Assembly: GCA_964019335.1 (NCBI GenBank)
Contig: OZ025662.1
Coordinates: 62,001 to 126,000 of the forward strand
DNA from: Diplonema japonicum
Taxonomy: Eukaryota; Protista; Euglenozoa: Diplonemea
Length of the DNA stretch: 64,000 nucleotides
Direction of reading: 5' to 3'
Shown here: positions 12,201 to 22,444 of the stretch, piece after piece
Layout of the letters: the number at the start of each line of letters is the position of its first letter
Numbering within the stretch: the stretch's first letter is position 1
Notes under the pieces: generated by a model
Seen by the model: only the letters and a program-made list of their open reading frames with translations
The model's database searches: none
Told to the model about the DNA's origin: nothing
Position numbers and translations under genes: made by a program

Positions 12201-12607
12201 TCTCCGTGTAACAAGCCACTTTTGGTGAACCCGTCGTAAATAGTGTTTGTCTTGGCATCGAGGACCGTTGTGTGCCCGTCGTTGTAGCGCACAGTTGTAC
12301 TGCTCTCTGTGAGTGTTGCTTGTCGCAAGTAGGACATCGCAGCGGCACGTGCTCCACTGCTGACCCTGCACCATGTCCGCCGTACTTCTGCACAGCTCAT
12401 GAATCTCAACACATCTGAACACAGCCATGCAGGCACCTCTTCTGTGTCCCGGCCATTGAGTATCTCACTGCACTGCTGCCAGTGATTTGTATCCTTCTTA
12501 CTCATTCTGCTTTCTGCGTGGCTCAATCTCGGGACTGCCCGCGAGGTGCTCAGACCAGTCTTCATGCCCGACCCTCGCTCGGGGAGGCATACCCAGTAGC
12601 TGTTCAT
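6239..12607 (-). CDS. Giant ankyrin-repeat protein with C-terminal LRRs and N-terminal F-box-like/MORN-like segments
   Basis: ORF of more than 2100 aa with many TPLH/TALH ankyrin repeats in several clusters and RI-type LRRs (LETIDLSSNRL, LRRVQLGNN). First ATG is at 12607. Confidence 0.88.
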   Translation of the reverse strand: MNSYWVCLPERGSGMKTGLSTSRAVPRLSHAESRMSKKDTNHWQQCSEILNGRDTEEVPAWLCSDVLRFMSCAEVRRTWCRVSSGARAAAMSYLRQATLTESSTTVRYNDGHTTVLDAKTNTIYDGFTKSGLLHGEGVRWYPRSLQHCVAYTDGVWRKGRFSHGKISLANGDLLTVMHVARNYKRATETLTVTYKHHGTFVEGVIRRSLDETKSRLYEWTYISNTLPETFSLSVHIDGWGGRMGVVPNIRPTTTLHQLRCKLYQLGVPLPLTYAFKVYRPSSRYSEPYITVGQCLPLNSCQFFTSRLRCQNCTNLGWWRHTDIHNNSVLAIVAVPVGQQDLLDCYEAAASLAREDKADELANLLRCSQKTAAASVMADLDKLRYNDEEQEADRLRAEPVKAPFRRGAGSRLTAAAYKRSAKGPGYVSFSPCTPSPLGVTLLHEAASKGGASAIGVLLKCGADPSAQDSAGQTPLHVAAAKGFSRCVALLVGKEVDTQDAKGNTALHNALRNKHLNTALWLVEQGASVDITNNSNTAPYELALRLLPSVSELARAGDYRMIHELLAAAGGCKSQRGVEYLPWLGNHRDLGLGTVSESIVYLRYLQLKLTKNALLLDLTACMTWSCGRIVSNIVMRTALHEAAEAGHAEVVEVLASCCLVELESKDTSGCTALHLAARRGHVSCIKALIFYGAKITARESHNRLPLHLAVSKGRAEAAALLIRGHHESEGLAYADSSGITPVHECIARGTAFSQALLPSLLQLPNYPDVCSIEPTPLETSVKDREQVGSFFCVSGDLKFTNCAPALKMLCEAEEGHEHLPFLQHMRDMLVLTKTQTVYNPSSYVVAAVRYGNVWALRCMLENGWWLPTHAPLLELAYRNDRLEMFRELQRRGMSLGIATHVVMPNGLVFTCSLGVAIAVRTEDSKWLEVVQSDVKTSLVASPHGGAQGVLAGLCQIHKHMWPMRWKGLNKYIRANLPDDNTGMQSTMSMTSIPAMSRILKVTQKYVTDKRTTPCLHADGSHFLSVIQAYVQHSDVSADELLAALPDAAHSKRLFESIIDALPKETDPQVVSYDTVSRFVLRTYKRKCPAYHLSHPVSVKQRYLENQLLVMLTRRLVVIGERDRTVHEMCAARCFTLVECVLAGGIVREWGRGTDWTWKSALHNAALHGTERVVCLLLKHNMFDVNSLSGEGLAPLHYAALGGDARIVHMLLKRHANPCITSTLYQKVRAAVGLSRYFSFTNYVDASGDHLDMTIDQKGVTPLHLMAWKGFLDMVMLLITRKVSIDAFDKNDATPLMYAARAGRSDVVSKLLDHGASALHADKDGNTAAMHAARCGHGSLVMLFVSRNQQSLESRNPFTGYTMLHSAAERGLMSVVRAYICLDKTWYSSALLLEESRNESKASPEDSFPTTGEHEDQIETNITLTSEQPEPAITEVALLLRAATVLNREPSSFGQRFKYLQCLGVQLLLPEADALSEVRKEPVALSGYYEGCLSFFDSAHDAQYQGLCVLQGSMQPYLGERTWEIDSNEEEICIDTGCSVPDDCLFEGLFSVCNDSGRISEMHGDENMFPALQLCCSVFDNRGFPLQNHSPMQTSNDLLKDAPHPYNPLRLAVAMGHSAVSCILRPIYSNDKSQTLPPEDKDSCDQWERTTKESTPVVWRSSLPEPSMAMQSLANALFAAEAPDTQEEEFKGTWNNQYYPTLRRVMSNLESHEWDTWDDVDAMSNRLYGSTCFYAARMGFLDLLSDKIHLVGSLDATNKRGVTVLMCAVWFSQEHVVSALLNKGCCVNKGTKLLPCEGGLTTCVSIASTKACPAMMKLLLSRGAVLDVPDENGNTVVHNVCRVGDFETLKVVLSYGAPVHHVNFMNETALQIVMALRVEDCSKLLKAWFLITTEKPSSDNCVGEYSLLSVLELKKWYHRAALYYKRIDMMPISTRSPMKNASDSIPCLVYTKLCDDSGCRPLKCVLQQLKYHRWLEDVKELDLSSVHGDMEQVLGLIKFLHNLETIDLSSNRLEQHAVAELCARLKNHPSLRRVQLGNNRDIDSASGVKLLNLLKKNKNLVELQCANTAVGSPLQMLISRQCSSNIRAQAKSFSDASQAKTLHMHKLNKKKPKPTNPISRPVFKW

Positions 12608-12663
12608 GGCGACATTCCTGTGTGAAATTAATGCGAAGCACATAAACGCAGACGACACAAGCT

Positions 12664-13416
12664 CTATAGGGGTGTAGGGAGAACCTTTTCGTCAATAGGG
12701 GGCGGGTATTCTAGGGGTTCTAATGGATGACGCGCGAAAATGTCAGCGCCATGCACGCCATACGGCCGTGGAATCTCAACAGGGCGGGGTAGCTCCTCGT
12801 GTACGGGGTCTCGCGCAAGGTACGAGATGTGCGTGATGGACTCGAAGGGTCCCACAATAGCGGACCCCCCGCCGGGTATGGCCTGCGCGTACAGCTGGCG
12901 AGGGAACAGCAGTCGGAGGTAGCCACCTGGGAGGGTTTGGAGGACGGTGAGACCTGCGATGGGGGGGCCGGCCACGAGGTCGCAGTGGTGCCCCGTTTCT
13001 GCAGGTTTTTTAGTGCCGCCAACTGTGATGTACTTTAGATGGTCGCCTTGTCGAAAAACTAGGTCTCGGGACTCGAGGGACTGGGCCATGAGGCCGACGG
13101 CAGCATCATTATGGGAGGAACCCTTGAGGAGGCAGTAGAAGAGCACCAGGATTAGTATGGGGGAGAAGAGGAGAGCCAGCAGACCCCCGTCACCCCAGTC
13201 GTCCCAATACCCCACCCACGCAACTACTTGTGTAATCCCCAGCATCACAGGCAGGATGTACACGATCCCCACCGCGATCCCGTGGCCTGCGTCACTCATT
13301 CGCACAGCGCCGCTGACCTTGCCATCATGCACGTTCCTGAACAAGCACAGCAGGTACAGTGCAAGGCACACCGTGATGATAGACATGCCGCTGATTAGCC
13401 AGATGTATACCTTCAT
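12664..13416 (-). CDS. Hypothetical membrane protein (about 3 TM helices)
   Basis: 250-aa ORF with three hydrophobic segments; CACAG acceptor shortly upstream of the ATG. Confidence 0.75.
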   Translation of the reverse strand: MKVYIWLISGMSIITVCLALYLLCLFRNVHDGKVSGAVRMSDAGHGIAVGIVYILPVMLGITQVVAWVGYWDDWGDGGLLALLFSPILILVLFYCLLKGSSHNDAAVGLMAQSLESRDLVFRQGDHLKYITVGGTKKPAETGHHCDLVAGPPIAGLTVLQTLPGGYLRLLFPRQLYAQAIPGGGSAIVGPFESITHISYLARDPVHEELPRPVEIPRPYGVHGADIFARHPLEPLEYPPPIDEKVLPTPL

Positions 13417-14152
13417 GGTATCCGCATTCCTGTGATATCGGATGGAAGAAAAAGAAATTAAATGGGCAATAAATACGAAGAGAAAAAAAAACGTAAAAAT
13501 AAGTGCCCCCCCCGACTACTGCCCTTCCCACTGGCAGCCTTCTTTGTTACCGTGTTGTAAAGGTGAATTGAAAGAGATATAAAAAGAACAATGGGAACCG
13601 GGGGGGGGGTATCTTTATGACTTTCTTTGTTCGCGCGAGTAGAAAAAAAACTTAGAAACGCTGCTAATGTTCTCTTCTCTCGGCACAAGTCGCATAAGGT
13701 AATAAAATCTTTTTTTTTACTTTTTCCCTGTTAAAAAAATCTTCTTCAGAAGGACGAAAAGAGAGTGTGCATTACGCACACGGTACACATCCTGTGATAA
13801 GCAGCACCGCATGCTAGCACTACTCTAAAGCTCTTTTTACAAAGTAACTACTAACGGTGCCCCCCCCCCCCCCCCCCTCCCCAAAAAAAGGAAATAAGTA
13901 AAAGACGGTCACATTATGTCTGATCAGAGTGCTTCTCTCAGCACCGGATTTCCCCCCCCACTTTTTTTAATCCCCTCTGTTGTCACAGGAAGAGAGAGAA
14001 AAAAAAACTATTCTGTATCCTGTGCACGTGTAACCTTGTGGGCGCAACTGTTTCCTTGATGCAAATATCAAAACAGAGACGGGGGGGAGGGGGATAAAAA
14101 GGAAGGGAAATAAAAACACTTTTTTTTGCGGTATCTTCCCTCACGACAAGAT

Positions 14153-15341
14153 TTAGATGAACTCTATACCCTCGTACTTGTTGGCACCGATCCGCGTCTC
14201 CTCCATGAGGATCGTCCCGTCCAATGCGAAGACGGAAATGTAAGTCTCCTGCGTCTGGTCTGCTTCGTTCTCTGCGCTCTTCAAGGCGACCTTTTTTAAT
14301 AAAAAAACTTTTTTTTAATTCTCTCTCCCCTGTTTACCATGATTTCATCGTTCGTCCCAGGAACGAATTTTGCACTCGAGAAACCCCTCTCGGGCGTGAC
14401 TTCACCAACCTTAAAGCTCTCGCACTGTGTAATCTCAGCGTTGCATTTCTGTAAAAAGAAAAAGAAAAAAAGGAATGTATTTGTGGAGTGGGGGGATGGG
14501 GATACCACAATGATGTTTGATCCCTTCTTCTCGTCAGTCTCCTCGTTGTAGGGGTCCTGCGACACCCTTCTAGGGAGGATGAACCATTGCTTGTGAACCG
14601 GGGACCACACAACGGTCTCGATGATCATGTAGGCAGGGTGCACGGACCCTGTGGTGGCCCTGATGGTGTTGTATTTGTCAGTCCAGTTCTCGTGCCCCTT
14701 TTCGCCGGTAGCTGAGACAGTGGACACCCACAGGTTGTTCCTGCTGGTCACCTCACCCATGGACCCTACATACTCCTTGCCGAAGGAGCCTACATACAGG
14801 GTGCCATCTTTGACGGTGGCCCACTCGGACTTCTGTCCCTTGCCCACGTTCCCGTCTCCCTCCATTAGGATCTCTCGTGGGATCACCTTGCGATTCGAGT
14901 CGATCTGTGTTTTGGTGTTTGCTGGCACGCTCTGACCCTGACCCTGCATACCTCGAACATGAGCCCTGTCCTGTCGTCGAAGGTGTACAGCCTGTCGTTG
15001 AAGATGACAAGCTCCGACAGCTCCATGCCCCTCCCTGCCTCGTTCATAGGTGACTTCAGCTCCGCCTTCTCTCTGTTCCATTCCACGCTCCACTTCTTGT
15101 CCTCCCTTGTTAGCATGCCCTCCCATAGGATTGACTTGAAGCTTGGTTTGGGTGTGTCCATCTTGCTCTTCTTATCCAAATCGGCCACAATGGCTATGTG
15201 GTACTTCCCGCCAGCCATGCTGTTGAAGGTCTGGCTCCACACACCTGTCGTTGCGTGCATCGCAGCGGAGCTCCCTCCGCTTTTGCTGAACAGGGCAAGC
15301 AGCACGATGGCCGCAAGGCCTGCAACTACTAATCTTTTCAT
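14153..15341 (-). CDS. CANT1: Calcium-activated nucleotidase / apyrase (CANT1 family), 4 exons
   Basis: Motifs IAIVADLD, GRGMELSEL, DDRTG, KSEWATVK, LYVGSFGKE, WFILPRR, RGFSSAKFVPGT and C-terminal KYEGIEFI*. GT-AG introns at 14905-14951, 14449-14505 and 14291-14337. Alternative ATG at 15371. Confidence 0.93.
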
Positions 15342-15700
15342 TTTATAATACCAGAGCCGTGCTCCTAGCATTCTGTAATAGGGGAGGGGCGGTGAGTGGG
15401 AGGTTATATATAAAAAAAGAATAATAAAAGAAAAATAAAAAAATGGAGAAAAGATAAAAGGTACAAAGAAATAGAAGAAAGAAAAATGGTGTTAAAAAAT
15501 AAATCGAATTACTGGAAGAAGAAGAAGAAAAAAAGAAAAGAAAACTCCCGGAAGCACCGGGATTTCTTTCTCTTTTTTTTTTTTCTTCTATATATGTTTT
15601 TGTTCTACAAGTAAAAAGTTGAAAAGGAGAAGTGGGAAAAAAAAAAAAAAAAAAAAAAAGGCCTAGCTGCTTAGGAAAGCAGGGCGTATGTGTGGGTTAT

Positions 15701-15742
<42 letters not shown>

Positions 15743-15753
15743 CACGTCAATAT

Positions 15754-16131
15754 TCAACACGTCACGACACCGTACCGCTTCTTGTTCCAGCGCATCCATG
15801 ACATGGCGTAGCCCAGGATATCCTGCGTGTGTGTAACATGAGCCAGTGTATAGACTCATACCACATTGCCGTCCCCGTCTACAGGGGCATCATCTACCAT
15901 ATTGCAGAGGAACTCTTCAAACATATAGTGAACACGGTGTTTTAAGAGGTACGCAGCTGCAGCATCATCCATGTGTGGTGTAGGGTCGGCACAGACAAGA
16001 ACACCAACCTCCGGGCAGACTAAGTGGGAGATAATATGTGCAATGGGGTCCGCGGGTTTATCACGAATCAGAATACCCGTCAGCCTGCTGATCATAGAGG
16101 ACACCTCGTGCTTCCGGAAGAACTCTGTCAT
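15754..16131 (-). CDS. Small protein with tandem RIIa/Dpy-30-like dimerisation-docking domains
   Basis: FFRKHEV..LIRDKPADPIAHIISHL and YLLKHRVHYMFEEFL..P.D. A 39-nt intron at 15823-15861 adds DILGYAMSWMRWNKKRY..TC*. Confidence 0.75.
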
Positions 16132-16838
16132 CGCCTTCGTCTTCTGCTGCGTGTCCTTTCTCGTGTTGATCGTCTGGGTGGGTCGGTTTTGTACATCAGT
16201 TTGCATACCAGTGGTGCGTCCACCAGTCCTTCTTCTTTGTTCAGATTGCCATCCGGAACTTGGAAGTCCATCTCTTTCCTCCCCCTTTTTTTTGTCTTCT
16301 TTCTTTTATTTTGTCATGTTTTCAAAGACGTCAAGAGAGAAGAAAAAGAGAGAAAAGAGAATACTGTAAACCAAGAAAATTGAAACACCGGGGAGTTGAT
16401 GTCGGAAGTGCCACAAGGTGCTGCATCCACAGAGGATCGATTTCCTGGTGATGGCCAAGCTTCTTTTTTTCTTTTTTTTTCTCTCTTTTTTTTTTTTTCT
16501 TTTTTTCCAGTTGAACAGAGGAGAAAAAAAAAGGAGAAAAAGCAGTTTTGGCCGTTCCAACGTGACTTTGCAGCGAGGTTTTCACAGAAGGTTGTTTTTT
16601 TCCCTTTTTTTCTTTTCTCCTTCTATTTGCCGGGTCAGGTCAGTAGGCGTCGGGTTGAGTGTAAAAAAATTAGCGAGATGAGAAAGAAAGAAAAACAAGA
16701 AGAAAAAAACCCCACGGATTGACTCGTCCCTTATTACGATTATACAGCTGCAACCCATCCCTATTATTGTAAGCCACGCCTAGGCAACGTTAGGCGGTCG
16801 TCTGACCTCACTATAACTATTTTACACGATTATGTACA

Positions 16839-17939
16839 TCACTCGTGTGACCTGACTATCATCAACGCACCGTGCGCTCCGCCCACAAGGATCTCGTTAG
16901 GGTTTGCAGGGTTGATGTCTATCGTGAAACAGGTGTCTGGGAAGTCCCTCACCGCACCAATGACGTCGCCTGTGCGGATGTTGATGGCTAGCAGCACGTT
17001 TGGCTTGGACCCCACACAGTACAGGGTGGTCTGGTTGGGTGCCAGCTTCGAAGCGTACAAGTTAGACGCCCCCAAGTGGTCCGACACATTGGGGGGCGTG
17101 CGGTCCTTTCCTGTCACGTAGTCGAAGAAGTTGAGCTGGTTCTCCTGCCGGTAGGAAGCGACCACCACCATCGAGGTGTTAGGCGAGGCCTCCAGCGAAT
17201 CGGCACACACATGCGTCCCGAGCAGCTGCCTCTCTGATTGCCCCGTTCTCAGATCCCAAACTTGGCACGCGGACTCCCAGCCTGCTGTCACAATCAGCTG
17301 CTGCGTCACAAACCTCGCTGAGAAGATTCTACTGTGGTGCGCCTTTCGAATGTAGCCCCTGTCATCGAGGCCGTGCTCAAGGGTGCTCTGCAGGTGCCCT
17401 GACATTGTGTCGTACACGCGGACGAGCCTATCTGACCCAACGGAGGCGAGGAGGTTCCCGTCCGGTGAGTAGTCCGCGCACATGACTTCGTTTTTGTCCT
17501 CAACAAGGGAGCCGATGTACTCGGGGTCGTCTGCGCCCTCGTCCCAGCCCCACTGCTGGATGACGCCAGACGCGCAGGTCACCACCATGTCGTAGGACTT
17601 CGTGGGGCAGTGCGGTCGCCATCGCACGCACGTTGCCGCCAAGGACTCCGGGTTGTGGGACATGCTCTTCAGCCTCTGCACCGACTCCCAACCGTCTGTC
17701 TCGAACACCCTCACTGCTCCATTCCCATAAGACGCCGCAGCGTACCCCCCCGAGCTGCTGTATCTCGCACAGTAAACTGTCTCGCTCTGCTCCTTGGCCC
17801 CTACTATCTTCACCACCTCTAAACACCCCGATGCCGTTCCAAACCCTTTCCCAGGCTGCCCCTGCTGCTTCCACCCTACACTGCTCTTCCTCCTGTCCAT
17901 GGAAGCCCAAAGCCTGAAAGACGCCCTTAGATTGCTCAT
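16839..17939 (-). CDS. WD40-repeat protein
   Basis: Repeats such as VMCADYSPDGNLLASVGSDRLVRVYD and HHSRIFSARF..IVTAGWESACQVWD. Start uncertain (17939 or 17900). Confidence 0.88.
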   Translation of the reverse strand: MSNLRASFRLWASMDRRKSSVGWKQQGQPGKGFGTASGCLEVVKIVGAKEQSETVYCARYSSSGGYAAASYGNGAVRVFETDGWESVQRLKSMSHNPESLAATCVRWRPHCPTKSYDMVVTCASGVIQQWGWDEGADDPEYIGSLVEDKNEVMCADYSPDGNLLASVGSDRLVRVYDTMSGHLQSTLEHGLDDRGYIRKAHHSRIFSARFVTQQLIVTAGWESACQVWDLRTGQSERQLLGTHVCADSLEASPNTSMVVVASYRQENQLNFFDYVTGKDRTPPNVSDHLGASNLYASKLAPNQTTLYCVGSKPNVLLAINIRTGDVIGAVRDFPDTCFTIDINPANPNEILVGGAHGALMIVRSHE

Positions 17940-18251
17940 TACGGCGCAATAATTAAGTAGAGGGGGCAAAGGAGGAACATCACAGGAAGGAAGGGAGATC
18001 TTAACTATTAAGGTGAAAACACAAGTAAAAGATTTGAAAACGATTTTTTTATAATCCTCTCAGTTTGCTTTTCTTGAAATAAGGGGTTGGTTTCTTTTTT
18101 CGGGGGGGGGGGAGGGACTCTCCACACGTCAGGTGTCGGACGAGGGCTCTCTCGAGACGCTATTTGAATAAAAACACTCTCCTTATCACACATTGGTTCC
18201 AACTCGCTCCTCCCCCTTTCATTTCTTCCCAAATTAAATAACCTTTGCACC

Positions 18252-19362
18252 CTACACCGAGCAGTCCTCTTTGGGCGGGCGGAGTTTCGTTGTGAAGGAA
18301 GCAAAATAATTCGTGGATGTAGAGTACATCTGGACGGAAGCCAGGACCAAGACAGCACCCACCACGAAGAAGTGGGAGGGGTGGAAGTTGAACAAGGGTA
18401 TGGAGATCACAGTGGCAAGCAGCAGCGACATCGCGACGCTGAAGTTTTTAACTATGTTGTCTGCGATCTTGATAACTAAGGCAACCACGATGCCACTGCA
18501 TGCCTGCAGAAGCACCACAACCCAAACCACGTTTGTGTAGCCGTCGAAGAAGCCCTTACTTTTAATGGTCTCGTAGTCCGATGTGCCGTAGATGCCTGTG
18601 GTATATACAATGTGGTGATCCCTGCATACCGATGAAGCCCGCTACGACTGACCAAGCTGCAAGTTGGATGTTCCTGATCCACAGCGTCGTCTGTGTCTGC
18701 TTCAGCAGCTTCTCCGTGTAGACCTGTTGTGGTGTTTTTTCCCCTTGAACTTAGCATACCCCAGCGAAGCCCGAAGTGAAGCACGCCACCAGCAATGCCA
18801 TGATGCCTGCCGTCTGCGCCGAGAGCGACGTCCCTGCATCAGAGTCTTCAGCCGCGGAAGGAGGCTGCAACTGCGCTAGGCTGACACCAACCGTAAGCAT
18901 AATCAACGCTGCCCACTGCTGCAAAGTCAGCCGGCGGTCAAGCATTAACACCGTGCATATAGCTGTTGTGAGGATCTTCAGTTGGTATGTGACTTGGTAC
19001 ACAGCAGCGTCGAGCTTCTCCATTGCGAAGAACAACAAGTTGTTCTGCACGAGGTACAACAACGCAGGCACAGCCAGCAGAAGCATGTCCTTCGGTTTCA
19101 TCAAAAGCTCTTGGTTCAGGTGCTGGAAGATCCCCATGCCGTGCGTGAAGGTCAGCACCATAACGCACACCAGAATCTTCACAAACTCCGCGCACACCAC
19201 TGCCGTCGAGCTCAGATATTTCGTTGTCGTCTTCGAGTACCGCAACGTCAGCACCATGGCAGTCACCTGCAGCGTCAGGATCACTGCTACGCCCATCTTG
19301 CGGTTCCGCTCGCTCTTCAGCTTGGCCATGATGCTCGACACATCCTCCGGTTCCTGCATCAT
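18252..19362 (-). CDS. Nucleotide-sugar transporter, SLC35A (UDP-galactose/CMP-sialic acid) family, 3 exons
   Basis: Motifs YLSSTAVVCAEFVK, VPALLYLVQNNL, LDAAVYQVTYQLKILTTA, SGFAGVYTEK, LWIRNIQL, ADNIVKNF. GT-AG introns at 18724-18759 and 18596-18629. Confidence 0.93.
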
Positions 19363-19486
19363 ACCCAACCCTGCAGTAAGTTGTCAAAAGTGAACATTTA
19401 AGTATCTAAAGCAACAGACTTCATAAGAAGCTCTGTCAACACCAGACTACTAAGCTTGATTCCATCTAACTATGACATGGCATGTC

Positions 19487-20656
19487 CTACATGACGACAC
19501 CGTCGTCGTCGTCGTCGTTGGGATTCCCTGCTAAGTGCCGCGTGTTCGGCAGGTACCCTTTGCTCCAGTCTTGCTTCCATTCCCGTTTATGTTGGTCCCT
19601 GCTGGTAGCCCAGCCAACGGTTGTCGCCCTGTCGTTCCAGATGGACGAGTTCCCGTAGTAGGGTTGCGTCTCGAGGAGTTCCGGCGGAGGGAGTGGGTAG
19701 TTTGTGCGGCTGATCCGCAGCTGGTCGGGATCGCGGAAGACACGAGTGTTCTCCCCGCCTATGTACTCCTTACGGTACTTGAAATAGGGGGAGATGGGGA
19801 GGTACTGATAGAAGCTGGGAACAAGCATATGGTGGAGGAAGGGTTCGAAGAAGACAGAAAAGAGGGGCTGGACTAACCATGCAGCGGGGATGTCAGAGGG
19901 AGTTGGGGGTATGGCGGGGGGCTTCGGGAGCGATGGGGGTGCCTTGTCCATTGCAACAAGAGTTTCCATCGTCTCCTCGACACCTCCGTCACACTCTGCG
20001 AATGACACCATGTGACTGACCGAGCCTTCCTCATCTGTTGAGAGAAGCCGCTCTCGCGACTTTTCGGGAGTGCTTTGTTCGATTTCTTTTTGCTTCCGTT
20101 TTCTGAACTTCTGCACGACGGCCTCAAGTTCCTTGCCCAGCTGTGCCATGTCCTTGTCGTCAAAGTTCACCCGCCGCCCCTCACCGTCGAAGATTGTCAC
20201 TTGACACTTCCTCCCGTGCACAACACCATGGGCGTAGGAGGGGTTCATGTTGACTGCGATCATGAAGGCCCCAAGGTTGGCAAAGTTGATGTGTGTTGTT
20301 GTTAACGAGAGCTGCTCGCTTTTGTACTGTCTGATGGCCGTTTGTTGGTAGATTCGCATGAACTCTTGTTCTATTTTGGGGCTCAATTTTCCAAACCGCG
20401 ACAACATGATGCCCATCTGGCCCTTCATTCTGGAGATCGGTACCCTCTCCAGGTCGTAGTTGCGCAGGTACTCCTCTTCGATCTTCAGCGGGGTCGGGTT
20501 CATCTTCATCACAAACTTCTCCTTCCGCAGCATGATCGACTCCTTTAGGTCCGCTCCCATTTTGTTGTGTTCCTTGAAGTCCCTTACCTTCCCTATCAAC
20601 TTCGATATGGACAGAGACTCCTTATGAATAGGGCGGAGCACCTTTGTGGTCGCCAT
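19487..20656 (-). CDS. Hypothetical protein
   Basis: About 390-aa ORF with coding-like composition and a CACAG acceptor upstream; no family recognised. Confidence 0.75.
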   Translation of the reverse strand: MATTKVLRPIHKESLSISKLIGKVRDFKEHNKMGADLKESIMLRKEKFVMKMNPTPLKIEEEYLRNYDLERVPISRMKGQMGIMLSRFGKLSPKIEQEFMRIYQQTAIRQYKSEQLSLTTTHINFANLGAFMIAVNMNPSYAHGVVHGRKCQVTIFDGEGRRVNFDDKDMAQLGKELEAVVQKFRKRKQKEIEQSTPEKSRERLLSTDEEGSVSHMVSFAECDGGVEETMETLVAMDKAPPSLPKPPAIPPTPSDIPAAWLVQPLFSVFFEPFLHHMLVPSFYQYLPISPYFKYRKEYIGGENTRVFRDPDQLRISRTNYPLPPPELLETQPYYGNSSIWNDRATTVGWATSRDQHKREWKQDWSKGYLPNTRHLAGNPNDDDDDGVVM

Positions 20657-21302
20657 TGTTCCTCCCACCTGTGTTGGATGAGCACAAAAAATAATCAGAA
20701 GAACTAAAAAGAAAAAAAAGAAAACTCGATAAAATTTCAGTGTGCATGGGGGTGCTCACTATCCAGGAAGAAATTCACAATAATCGGTCACCGTTCTGCG
20801 GTTGCTGTCTGGTGCCTGCGGTGGCTGGTTTGTCGCGATGAGATGGACGGCATCTGGGCGAGAAACATTACATGGAGTCGTGCTAGGTAGGGGGCGCTTT
20901 GGCTCGAGGAGAAGAGTGGTCTCCTGTCGTAGCCGTGTGCCGTCGGGCCCCTGAGAAAAAAAAATAATATAGCAATATCATTCTGCCTTTCTTTTGCCTG
21001 GTGTGTGCTCGCATGCAACTAACCAACTAAAGGAAGTGCATTACACCAAACACGAATAGAAAGAAGGGGGGGAGGGGGAATTGTAAATTGTGAACGTAGC
21101 AAGATAGGTCGGAATATGAATCATTCGTTTTCTTCTTCTTTTTTTCTTTCTTTTTTTTTTCTCGTTTTTTTCTTCTGTTTCTTTTTTTTTCGTTCGGAAG
21201 ATAATATTAGTATACTATCATAAGGGGAGGAAATAAATCTATTAAGTGAAAGTAGAAAACAGGAAAGAGAGGGAGAGGAGGGGAGAGAGGAGGATAATTA
21301 CA

Positions 21303-22331
21303 TCATTCTGCTAGTTCAATGTCCACGGCACGTTCTTGCTCCGTTTGGTTCATGGAGCTGAGATCAATGGGCTCTTCACCCTGCCTGCAGGACTTGAACA
21401 AGTCAACACCATATGAGGAAGAAAAGGTGTTGATACAGAAAAGTATGCCTCCGAAAATGGAAAGTAAGACAAAGAAAGCCGCGTGGTTAAGCGTAGAAGA
21501 GGGGGGTGGGGTAGGCATAGGCGACACTGCTTCGGCACCACGACGCATTTCAGCCACATGTTCAGAGTCCTGAGCATTCATGAGGAATACATAATACCCG
21601 TGGTCCGTGTGGAGTGCCAAGAAAGGATTGGGTATCAGTGTAGCCAACCTGTTCGAGGCACTTGTATAGAATAGCGTTGCGGTAGCCGATGAGCTCGCGT
21701 TAAGCGTCCCCACCACCCCTGCCACCAGCTTGCGCACAGCGTCCCCTGCGGTGAGCTTCGTTTCTTTGTTCATTACGCTGGTTGTCATCTCGTTCCCTAC
21801 ACTGATGAATACTTCATCATAATTGCTACGTCCCTGCAGCTCCTTCGACACGTACGACCCGAGGGTCTGCACGCCTGTCTTCTCACCAGGATACAGTGCC
21901 AGCCCGCCCTTTGTGATGTACTGGCATGTTGCGGGCTGTACTGCCTGGCATATATTGTATCCAAACCCTTGTACGAATGGCCCGCTTGGGTTTCCTATCA
22001 AGGAGTCGCCGACGATGAGGACTTTCGTAGTCGGGTTGGGCAGCACCTTGCACTGCCCTTGTTCCGTCACCACCTTCACAATCTTCAAGGTGTGGCCGTC
22101 GTCGTTCTTAACTATTTCGAAGCCATTTTTGGTTTGCAGGGACGTCACTCCGTTGCACACAGCCGCACCACCCGCGGTGCCGCACCCGCTACCGGTGGCC
22201 ACCACTTTCACACTACCGCCTGTCACATGTACTTTCACTGCGTCCCCTGCACCAAGGATGCGATCCACAGTGCATTCATCGCCCGTTGCGAGACTTGCAA
22301 GGTATAAGAGTATAGTTGTTCGCAGTGACAT
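21303..22331 (-). CDS. Type I membrane protein with SGNH/GDSL hydrolase-like domain
   Basis: Signal peptide MSLRTTILLYLASLATG, block I KVLIVGDSL, block III-like FISVGNE, possible His block LHTDHGY, and a C-terminal TM helix. Confidence 0.65.
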   Translation of the reverse strand: MSLRTTILLYLASLATGDECTVDRILGAGDAVKVHVTGGSVKVVATGSGCGTAGGAAVCNGVTSLQTKNGFEIVKNDDGHTLKIVKVVTEQGQCKVLPNPTTKVLIVGDSLIGNPSGPFVQGFGYNICQAVQPATCQYITKGGLALYPGEKTGVQTLGSYVSKELQGRSNYDEVFISVGNEMTTSVMNKETKLTAGDAVRKLVAGVVGTLNASSSATATLFYTSASNRLATLIPNPFLALHTDHGYYVFLMNAQDSEHVAEMRRGAEAVSPMPTPPPSSTLNHAAFFVLLSIFGGILFCINTFSSSYGVDLFKSCRQGEEPIDLSSMNQTEQERAVDIELAE

Positions 22332-22444
22332 GTTGCCCGACGTCTGAAAGGTGCTAAAAAAGGCGGGACTGAGAGGTTTCAATAAGCAATAAAGCAATAA
22401 CAAATTCTATTTATTGACATCTAAGTTACAAATCATTTGGCGTG

